From assembly GCA_021325135.1 (NCBI GenBank), contig JAJPHT010000010.1, positions 1 to 61,176 on the forward strand: DNA of 61,176 bases, written 5' to 3'. This stretch comes from Pseudomonadota bacterium (GTDB lineage: Archaea; Thermoplasmatota; SW-10-69-26; JACQPN01; JAJPHT01). Made by a program: the position numbers and the translations under genes. Every line of letters starts with the position of its first letter. The stretch's first letter is position 1. Under the pieces are notes generated by a model. That model was given only the letters and a program-made list of their open reading frames with translations. It had not been told where the DNA came from and ran no database searches. Positions 41,611 through 48,959 of the stretch are shown piece by piece.

Positions 41611-41725
41611 CCCCTTGGTCAAGGGTCCAAAGAACGCGATGAGCGCCACGAGCGCGAAGGACGCGACGACGAAAAGGAACTTCGCGACCTTGGCGCTCTT
41701 CGCGCTCGTCGCGTTCTTTGGACCC
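41611..41725. repeat. Palindromic MITE/REP-like element, copy 1 (core inverted)
   Basis: GGGTCCAAAGAACGCGATGAGCGC...GCGCTCGTCGCGTTCTTTGGACCC, shared with 52575 and 55907. Confidence 0.85.
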
Positions 41726-41743
41726 GGGGCAGGAAGGCAGACC

Positions 41744-42631
41744 TTAGAGCCGTCCAGCCTTCTGGAGCGCCATCAGGTCTTCAGTAGAGAGCTTCTCCCC
41801 CTTGCGGAACTTGTCGAAGATCTCGTCCGCCTCGGCGCGCGCGGCCTGCGAGACGGTGGGCTGGCCGGGCTCCTCCAGGCGCAGCGCGTGGAGCACGCGC
41901 TCCAGGTCGCGCACGCTGCCCACCATGCCGATGTAGTGGCGGTGGACCTTGTCGGCCTCCACCTTGCTCTTCACGAACTCGGCCTGCTCGCCGTCGGCCT
42001 GCTTGCGGATGCCGTCGGCCTCGCCGAAGAGCTTCGCCATCTGCTCGTGCGCCTCCTGCGCCTCGTTGGCCAGGCGCGTCACCAGCGCGTGCTGCTCCTC
42101 GGCGGCGAGCTTCGCGGCGCGCGCGGCCTCGGCGGCGCCCTTCATCTCCGCGTCCACGTGGTCCTCGCCCTCGCGCGCCTTGATCTCCTTGAGCTTCGCC
42201 GCGATGAGGTCGATGAGCGCCTTCTCCTTCTGGGGCGTCAGCACCGTGGTCTGCTGCTGGTACTCCAGCTGCCGGACCTCGGCCTTGAGCTTCGCGACGG
42301 GGACCCCTTCGCCGGCGTGGCCGCGCCCGCGCCGCAGCGCGTGGAGCGCCTCGCCCTTGGCGTGCGCCTCGTGGTTGAGCTCGTCGCGCTTCGCCTTGGC
42401 CTCGCGGACCTGCGCGTTGAGGCCGTCGCGGCGCGCGCGGTGCGCGTTGGCCTGCTCCACGAGGCCCCGCACCTGCGCGTTCAGCTCGTCGCGGCGCTGG
42501 GCGTGGGACTTGGTGCCGTCGTTGAGGCGATCCCTCGCCTCGCGCTGGCGGCGCGCCTGCTCGTTGAGCCGCTCGCGCTTCTGCGCGAGGGTGCCGATGA
42601 GGCGTTCCCGCTCGTCCACGCCGACGTCCAT
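41744..42631 (-). CDS. Conserved archaeal coiled-coil protein (COG1340-like)
   Basis: Repeated RDELN..V, LE..QQT.VLT..KE..L, C-terminal IF.KF.KGEKLSTEDL..LQK; TATA at 42661-42666. Confidence 0.85.
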   Translation of the reverse strand: MDVGVDERERLIGTLAQKRERLNEQARRQREARDRLNDGTKSHAQRRDELNAQVRGLVEQANAHRARRDGLNAQVREAKAKRDELNHEAHAKGEALHALRRGRGHAGEGVPVAKLKAEVRQLEYQQQTTVLTPQKEKALIDLIAAKLKEIKAREGEDHVDAEMKGAAEAARAAKLAAEEQHALVTRLANEAQEAHEQMAKLFGEADGIRKQADGEQAEFVKSKVEADKVHRHYIGMVGSVRDLERVLHALRLEEPGQPTVSQAARAEADEIFDKFRKGEKLSTEDLMALQKAGRL

Positions 42632-42699
42632 GGTGGCGTCGAAGATGAGGTTGGGGAGCGTATAAGAACATGACGCCACGCCTGCCGGAATGGCCCTCT

Positions 42700-43101
42700 T
42701 CAAGCGCGCCCGAGGCGACGGGCCCACCTGAGGACGCAGGCGCGCAGGCCCTCGGCGAACGACTTGGCGTCCAGCGGCTTGGCGACGTAGTCACTGGCCC
42801 CCAGCGCGCGGGCCCGGTCCACGTCCGCGCCCACCTCGCTGCTGGTGAACATGATGACGGGGAGCGCCGCCGTGCGCGGGTCCTTGCGCACCGCCTCCAG
42901 CACGTCGAACCCGTCCTTGCGCGGCATCTTGATGTCCAGGAGCACGAGGTCGGGCAGCTCCCCCTGGAGGCGCTCCAGCCCGGCCTCGCCGTCCTCCGCG
43001 AAGTCCACCGCCAGGGGGACCTCCGGGGCGAGGCCCTTGAGGACGCGCTGCGTGAGGAAGCGGTGATCGGCGTTGTCGTCCACGACAAGGATGCGGAGCA
43101 T
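42700..43101 (-). CDS. Stand-alone response regulator receiver
   Basis: ILVVDDN, PDLVLLDIKMP..DG, FTSS, YVAKP. Confidence 0.93.
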   Translation of the reverse strand: MLRILVVDDNADHRFLTQRVLKGLAPEVPLAVDFAEDGEAGLERLQGELPDLVLLDIKMPRKDGFDVLEAVRKDPRTAALPVIMFTSSEVGADVDRARALGASDYVAKPLDAKSFAEGLRACVLRWARRLGRA

Positions 43102-43175
43102 CAGCGACCCCCCTTGTCGGGGACGCGACGGCCCGCAGGCCGGCGCTGGTCCACCACAAGGATGCGGAGGGTCAT
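43101..43175 (-). pseudogene. Relic of a second receiver-domain gene (24 codons)
   Basis: MTLRILVVDQ... with GGGAGG SD; near-duplicate of the MLRILVVDD start of the next gene; TGA overlaps that gene's ATG. Confidence 0.55.
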
Positions 43176-43190
43176 CGCGCGCCTCCCTGA

Positions 43191-43239
43191 CTGGGGGCTC
43201 CGCCCCCTTTCCCCCCGGGAAAGGGGGCGGAGCCCCCAG
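43191..43239. repeat. Perfect 23-bp palindrome with GGGGGCGGAGCCCCC REP-like units
   Basis: CTGGGGGCTCCGCCCCCTTTCCC-ccc-GGGAAAGGGGGCGGAGCCCCCAG. Confidence 0.8.
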
Positions 43240-43264
43240 GCAGAGCGGAAGGAAGGAGAGCCCC

Positions 43265-45943
43265 TCACCGCCGCGCCTCCTGCTTGTCCCCCTTCACCTC
43301 GACGCGGCGGGGGCGCTCGGCCAGGGGGAGCGTGACGTGGAAGGTGGTGCCCTTGCCCTCGACGCTCTCGACGCGGATGGTGCCGCCGTGGGTGTCCACG
43401 ATGCGCTTCACGATGGCGAGCCCGACGCCCGTGCCGCCGGGGTCCTCCATCTCGGAGGGCGCGCGGTGGAAGAGGGCGAAGACGCTCTCCAGGTGGCGCT
43501 CGGGGATGCCGCGGCCGTTGTCCTTGACGGAGAACGTCGCGCGCCCGTTCGCGGCCTCGGCGACGACCTCGATGCGCGGAGGGCGCGAAGGGTGGCGGTA
43601 CTTCACGGCGTTGTCCAGGAGGTTCGTGAAGAGTTGCTGGAGCCGCTTGCGCTCGCCGTGGACCGCGGGGAGCCTCTCCTGCACGCGAAGCTCGCCGTGG
43701 GCGGCCGCGAGGCGGTCCGCGAGGGCGGCGCCCGCGTCGCGCAGCACGCCGTCCATGTCGACGTCCTCGGTCTGGTCGCGCACGCGCCCGATGCGGGAAA
43801 GCTCCAGGATGTCCAGGATGAGGCTCTCCATGAGCGTCGCGTTCTTGCGGATGCGGTCGAGCCACTGGGCGCCTTCGCCCGCCAGCGCGCGGCCGTAGTC
43901 CTCCTCCAGGCTCTGCGCGTACCCCTGGATGCTGATGAGGGGCGCCTTCAGGTCGTGGGAGACGCTGTAGAGGAACGACTCGATCTCGCGGCTCTTCTCG
44001 GTCAATTCCGCGGTGCGCTCGGCGACGCGCGCCTCCAGCGAGGCCGCGTGCTCGCGGAGGCGCTCCTCGAAGAGCGAGCGGCGGATGCCCACGGCAAGCT
44101 GCGATGCGAGGGCCGCCAGCACCTCGCGCCCGGCGGGGTCGTCCAGCCGGCGCGGCTCGCCCACGAGCACGAGCGCGCCCAAGGCTTCGCCCTGCTCCAG
44201 GAGGGGGAGCGCGACGGCGCGCTCGTCGCCCATGTCGCGGGCCTCGGGCGCGCGGGTGCGCATCGCGTCGCGGGCGAGCCCCGCCAGCGCGCGGCGCGAG
44301 TCCAGCGTGAGCGAGCCCTCGAAGGCGACCTCGCGCAACGCGTCGGGGGAGCCGATGAGCGCGGCCCCCTTGCGCACGGGCACCAGGGAGGCGATGAGCG
44401 AGAGGCCGCTGGCGGCCAGGGGCGCCAGGGCGCGCTCCTCGCTGACGAGGCGCGCCATCTGGAAGCTCTTCTCGCGGATCAGCTCCTCGCGGCGCTCGCG
44501 CGTGACGTCGTGCGCGACGCCCAGGACGCGCGTGGGCGAGGGCCCCGAGTCGAAGACGGGGCTGAGGTTCGCCACGACCGCGACGTCGACGCCCTCCAGC
44601 CCCATGAGGCGGAAGGGCACTGATAGCACGGGCGCGCCGCGCTCGACGACGGAGGCGACGGCGCGGCGCAGCGTGGCGCGGTCGCCCTCCGCGACGAGGT
44701 CGTAGGCGCTGCGGCCCACGAGGTCGCTGGGGCGCTGGCCCAGGACGCGCTCGGCCAGGGGGCTGATGAAGGAGAGCTCGCCGTCGGGCTGCACGGTGAA
44801 GATGAGGTCGTTCGCGCTCTCCACGAGGTTGCGGTAGCGCGCCTCGCTCCTTCGCAGGCCGTCCAGGCTCTCGGTGATGCGCTCGGCCATCTCGTTGAAC
44901 GTGGCGCCAAGCTCCGCGATCTCGTCGTTGCCCGAGGGCTCGATGCGCGACGCGAGCTTCCCGGCGGAGAGCCCCTTCGCCGCCTCGGTGAGCTCCTGCA
45001 CGGGGCGCACGATCCGGCGCGCGATGAGCACGCTGGAGAGGAGGATGGCGCCCGCGAGGATGCCGACGAACACGATGAGGACCGCGGAGAGGCGCGTGAG
45101 GCCCGCGTAGGCCACGTTGAGCGGCACGGTGTCCACGACGGCCCAGCCCAGGTCCGGCACGGTGGCGTAGGCGCCCAGCGCGCGCTGCCCGGTGACGGGG
45201 TCGTCGTACTCGACGTAGGGCGCCTCGCCCGAGGGGTGCAGCGCGCGGCGCACGGGGTCCACCTGCGACCAGTCGAGGCGCGACTCCGCCAGCGACGCGT
45301 TGGCGTGCGCGATGAGGCGGCCCGGCGGCTCCACGAGGAAGACGGTCTGGCTGCCTCCGGGCGCGAAGGCCTGGAGCGCGTCGCCCAGGGCGGAGAGGCG
45401 CAGGTTCGCGACCACGACGCCGCGGAACGCGCCCTGCACGGAGACGGGCGACGCCAGGGGCAGGAGCGGCGGGCCGCTGGGCGTCACGGGGAGCGTGGCC
45501 AGCGCGTTGCGCAGGCGCGGCAGCACGAAGGCGAGGTCGCTGGAGCGGTCCGCGCCCACGGGGGCCGCCAGGGCAGGGTACGCCGCGACGACGCGGCCCG
45601 TCTCGTTGAGCGCGAAGGCCGACTCGAAGATGGGGCCCCCGCCGGGCTGCGCGTGGTCCACGAGCCCCTGGAGCGCCAGCACGAGGCTGGCCTGGTCCTG
45701 CGCCGAGAGGGCGGTCTTCATCGCGGTGCTGGTGGCGGTGGCGTCAAGCAGCACGCGCCCGTTCTGCACGTAGAGCGCCGCGTACCCCGCCGCCGCCTTG
45801 GCCGCGTCCTCGTGCGCGCCGCCCACCTCCTGCGACACGGCCGCGCGCGTCTCGGCCAGGGCGAGATAGCTCATGGCCATGAGAGGCATCGTGGCGATGA
45901 GGGCGAAGACGAGGAACATCTTCGCCTGGAGCGACCGCCGCAC
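43265..45943 (-). CDS. Cache-HAMP-PAS-GAF sensor histidine kinase
   Basis: TM, extracellular Cache-like region (G.LIAH, LGW.VV), TM, HAMP (DEI.EL..TFN.M), PAS, GAF-like, SHDLKAPL, NLLDNAVKY, DNG.GI, GTGVGL. Confidence 0.92.
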   Translation of the reverse strand: MRRSLQAKMFLVFALIATMPLMAMSYLALAETRAAVSQEVGGAHEDAAKAAAGYAALYVQNGRVLLDATATSTAMKTALSAQDQASLVLALQGLVDHAQPGGGPIFESAFALNETGRVVAAYPALAAPVGADRSSDLAFVLPRLRNALATLPVTPSGPPLLPLASPVSVQGAFRGVVVANLRLSALGDALQAFAPGGSQTVFLVEPPGRLIAHANASLAESRLDWSQVDPVRRALHPSGEAPYVEYDDPVTGQRALGAYATVPDLGWAVVDTVPLNVAYAGLTRLSAVLIVFVGILAGAILLSSVLIARRIVRPVQELTEAAKGLSAGKLASRIEPSGNDEIAELGATFNEMAERITESLDGLRRSEARYRNLVESANDLIFTVQPDGELSFISPLAERVLGQRPSDLVGRSAYDLVAEGDRATLRRAVASVVERGAPVLSVPFRLMGLEGVDVAVVANLSPVFDSGPSPTRVLGVAHDVTRERREELIREKSFQMARLVSEERALAPLAASGLSLIASLVPVRKGAALIGSPDALREVAFEGSLTLDSRRALAGLARDAMRTRAPEARDMGDERAVALPLLEQGEALGALVLVGEPRRLDDPAGREVLAALASQLAVGIRRSLFEERLREHAASLEARVAERTAELTEKSREIESFLYSVSHDLKAPLISIQGYAQSLEEDYGRALAGEGAQWLDRIRKNATLMESLILDILELSRIGRVRDQTEDVDMDGVLRDAGAALADRLAAAHGELRVQERLPAVHGERKRLQQLFTNLLDNAVKYRHPSRPPRIEVVAEAANGRATFSVKDNGRGIPERHLESVFALFHRAPSEMEDPGGTGVGLAIVKRIVDTHGGTIRVESVEGKGTTFHVTLPLAERPRRVEVKGDKQEARR

Positions 45944-46073
45944 GACAATCCCAGGGATGAGGCCCTCTTATGAAGGCGCCGGATTGCGCGCTTCGCCGGG
46001 CATAAGCCCCTCGCCCGCGTTCGAGCCTCGACCCACAACCCGCAAGCGGGCGATCCGGGAGAGCCAAGGGACG

Positions 46074-46319
46074 ATGCAGCTTCGCCTCCAGTCGTTCCTT
46101 GAGCGCCCCAAGCACGCCCGCGCGACGGTCATCGACTGTCGCCCCGGCTTCGAAGGGCCCTACTTCGAGGGCTCGGGGCCCGAGGACTCCGTCTGCGGGC
46201 ACTGCAGCCACGTCCTCATCCGCGGGCGGTTGACCGCCTACCTGAACCTCTACCTGTGCTGCCCCAGCTGCGGACGGTACAACCTGGCGCACGGAGGCGA
46301 GGAGGGGGAGAGGGCGTAG
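46074..46319 (+). CDS. Small zinc-ribbon protein
   Basis: CGHC...CPSCG knuckles, 81 aa. Confidence 0.7.
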   Translation: MQLRLQSFLERPKHARATVIDCRPGFEGPYFEGSGPEDSVCGHCSHVLIRGRLTAYLNLYLCCPSCGRYNLAHGGEEGERA

Positions 46320-46335
46320 GAATCCCGAGCGAAGT

Positions 46336-47130
46336 TCATTCTGCGAACTCGATCAGGCGCAGACCCGGCGGCAATAGATTTCGAGCGCGAGCCCGTGGTA
46401 GCTCGCGAAAAGTGCTGATCGCCTTATCGACAAAAGCGAGGGTTGTACGCGCATCCAGAACTTCGCCTCTTGGCGATCTTTGGTTGTCTTCCTTAAGAAG
46501 CCGAACCCAGTGACGGATGTTTAGAGCCTTGCCTTCTACAGGTTCACTACACCATATCGGACCGGAGTCGGTTTCATTCCTGAAACATATGAAATGGCGC
46601 TCACTGGTTGTCCATCCCGACGGGGCGCTGGTGAGGGAGACAACTTGGAGATTGTCCAGCGTTGCCTCCTCCATGATGGCATCAAGATCAAAGATCATGG
46701 GACACGCATAGCTCACATCGGTACGCGGAATATTTCGCAGCCGCATGAGAGCTTCATGTTGTGAAATGCCTGAAGAGGGTCGAGGACTTAGGGAAAGTTC
46801 GACCCGCAGGTAGGGCGTCGACCATGAACTCGGCATGTTTTTGCTCGCTTTTGTCATCGATTCTACTTTTTTGAACTGAAGAAAGTAACCGAAGAATGAA
46901 TGAGAAGAGAGCACCGAACTTCCGTTGATTGCGTTTTCGAGTTGTGCCCGGAATTCTTGCATATTAAGTTCTGTCTTCACCCATGCTTTATCGAACCCCA
47001 AGAACGCCTCGCGTTGTTGAGAGGGTTTCAAAACTCGGAGAACCTTCCGCCCAAAGGTCGCTTCAAACAGGTCCATCAACGGCTTGTGATAATGAGCCTC
47101 AAGAAGAGCTTCTGTAATGTCGTCGCTCAC
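46336..47130 (-). CDS. Low-GC orphan, PD-(D/E)XK nuclease-like protein
   Basis: E...PS..RE..LGFD...FLQFK catalytic-like pattern; base composition far below the flanks. Confidence 0.65.
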   Translation of the reverse strand: MSDDITEALLEAHYHKPLMDLFEATFGRKVLRVLKPSQQREAFLGFDKAWVKTELNMQEFRAQLENAINGSSVLSSHSFFGYFLQFKKVESMTKASKNMPSSWSTPYLRVELSLSPRPSSGISQHEALMRLRNIPRTDVSYACPMIFDLDAIMEEATLDNLQVVSLTSAPSGWTTSERHFICFRNETDSGPIWCSEPVEGKALNIRHWVRLLKEDNQRSPRGEVLDARTTLAFVDKAISTFRELPRARARNLLPPGLRLIEFAE

Positions 47131-47244
47131 AATATCCCAAAGTCTGCAGGGCTCATAGAGATATATTGAGCCTGTGGAGCTTGTTTTTCTCTTGGAGACT
47201 CACCCAAATCGAGAAAACTCCTTGAGATTTAAACGGGCAATTGA

Positions 47245-48546
47245 CTACCCCAGCTTCCAGAACTTGTACGCCGGCGCCCCGTCCTGATAGCAATAGTGGA
47301 TGCCCTGGAAGCGCTCGCGGAAGGCGGCCACGCGCTTCGAGACCTCCGCGGGCTTCTCCTTCTTGATCACGACGTCCACCAGGAACTGCGCCACGTCGGC
47401 CATGTCGCGCTCCTTCATGCCGATGCGCGTCATCTCCTGGGTCCCGAGCCGGAGCCCCGAGGGGTGGAGCGCGCTGGTGTCGCCGGGGAGCATGTTCATG
47501 TTAGTGATGAGGCCGCCGTCCTCCAGCGCCTGCGCGGCCCAGCTTCCGCCGCCGTGGGCCTTCACGTCCACGACGACCTGGTGGCTCTGGGTGAAGCCGC
47601 GCTTCTCGCCCAGCACCGCGACGCCCTTCTCGTGGAGCGCCTGCGCGAGGGCCTTGGCGTTCTTGATCACCTGGTCCGCGTAGGCCTCGCCGAAGTCCAG
47701 GTGCTCCGCCAAGGCGACGGTCTTCGCCGCGAGGTGGTGCAGGTGGTGGCTGCTGACGGTGCCAGGGAAGACGGCGCGGTCCAGCTTGCGGGCCAGCGTC
47801 CCCTGCTGCTCCTCCGCGCCCTCGGGGAAGTTGCCCAGGATGAGCGCGCCCTGGGGGCCCGGGAGCGTCTTGTGCGTGCTGCCGGTGATGAAGTCCGCGC
47901 CCTCGCGCAGCGGGTCCTGGAAGCGCTTCCCGGCGATGAGGCCCATGACGTGGGCGCCGTCGTACATGACGGTGGCGCCCACCTCGTGCGCGGCCTGCGC
48001 GGCCTCCTGGATGGGCGTCGGGAAGAGGAACATGCTCTGGCCGAAGACGACGAGCTGCGGCTTGCGCTCGCGGATCATCTTCACGGTCTTCGCCACGTCG
48101 ATGGTCATGGCGTCCTGGTCCCACGGGTACGTCTCGATGGCGCAGCCGCGGATGCCCGCGCCGCCGAACTTGGCGTGGCTGATGTGGCCGCCATCCGCCG
48201 TGGAGACCGCGGTGATGAGGTCGCCGGGCTTCGTCGTCGCCGCGAAGGCCGCGATGTTGGCCTCCGTGCCCGAGACGCAGCGCACGTCCGCCCACGAGCA
48301 GCGGAACAGCTCCAGCGCGAGGCGCCTGCACTCCCGCTCCACCTCGTCGATGTAGACGAGCCCCTGGTAGTAGCGCTTCCCGGGGTGCCCTTCCGCATAG
48401 CGGTCGTGGAAGTCGCTGGCCAGAAGGCGGCGCGCCATGGGCGAGATGAGGTTCTCGCTGGCGATCATGGGGATCGACCGGTTGAACCACTGCGTGTGGC
48501 GCTCCACCTGGTCGAGCACGTGCTGCGCGGCCTTCTCGCGGGACAT
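47245..48546 (-). CDS. glyA: Serine hydroxymethyltransferase
   Basis: IASEN, YAEG.PG.RYYQG, GGHISH, YDGAHV.GLIAG, GSTHKTLPGPQG, SGLRLGT.E.TR. Confidence 0.96.
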   Translation of the reverse strand: MSREKAAQHVLDQVERHTQWFNRSIPMIASENLISPMARRLLASDFHDRYAEGHPGKRYYQGLVYIDEVERECRRLALELFRCSWADVRCVSGTEANIAAFAATTKPGDLITAVSTADGGHISHAKFGGAGIRGCAIETYPWDQDAMTIDVAKTVKMIRERKPQLVVFGQSMFLFPTPIQEAAQAAHEVGATVMYDGAHVMGLIAGKRFQDPLREGADFITGSTHKTLPGPQGALILGNFPEGAEEQQGTLARKLDRAVFPGTVSSHHLHHLAAKTVALAEHLDFGEAYADQVIKNAKALAQALHEKGVAVLGEKRGFTQSHQVVVDVKAHGGGSWAAQALEDGGLITNMNMLPGDTSALHPSGLRLGTQEMTRIGMKERDMADVAQFLVDVVIKKEKPAEVSKRVAAFRERFQGIHYCYQDGAPAYKFWKLG

Positions 48547-48772
48547 GCGCGGCGCAACGACCCCCGGCTGAAAAAGGATGCGGCGCAAGCAAAACCGGGG
48601 GTTCAGGCCGGCGGGATGGGGCGTGTGGGGGGACACGCGGACGAAGCGGGGGCAAGCGAAGCGCCGGCCTGAACCCGACCCCACCAGGCGCATGGTGCGG
48701 ATAGGGGCGTCAGGCGGTCCGGGCCGAAACCACAGGGAAAGGCCTACGAGGCGCGCGGGGCTTGCGTGCGGC

Positions 48773-48883
48773 ATGGCCGGCGGCCCCACGACGTGCGACC
48801 TCTGCGGCGGGCCCTTCCTGGACCTCCACTGCAAGCTCACCTGCCAGCGCTGCGGCTACCGCCGCGACTGCAGCGACCCGTGA
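48773..48883 (+). CDS. 36-aa C(P)XCG-type zinc-finger microprotein (HVO_2523-like)
   Basis: CDLCG...HCKLTCQRCGYRRDCSDP. Confidence 0.75.
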   Translation: MAGGPTTCDLCGGPFLDLHCKLTCQRCGYRRDCSDP

Positions 48884-48907
48884 GGCGGCGCCTCCGCTGG
48901 GCCCAAG

Positions 48908-48946
48908 CAAGAGAAGGAAAAGAAGGGGGCGGCGCGGGGCCGCCCC
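48908..48946 (-). terminator. Putative terminator after aglB
   Basis: GGGGCGGC/GCCGCCCC hairpin followed on the minus strand by TTCTTTTCCTTCTCTT. Confidence 0.55.
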
Positions 48947-48959
48947 GGAGCGACGACGA

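Noticed and set aside
41615-41787. Protein-coding reading of the palindromic element (…GPKNAMSA.SAK… peptides in several ORF calls)
   Set aside because: These recurring peptides are simply translations of the repeat in shadow frames.
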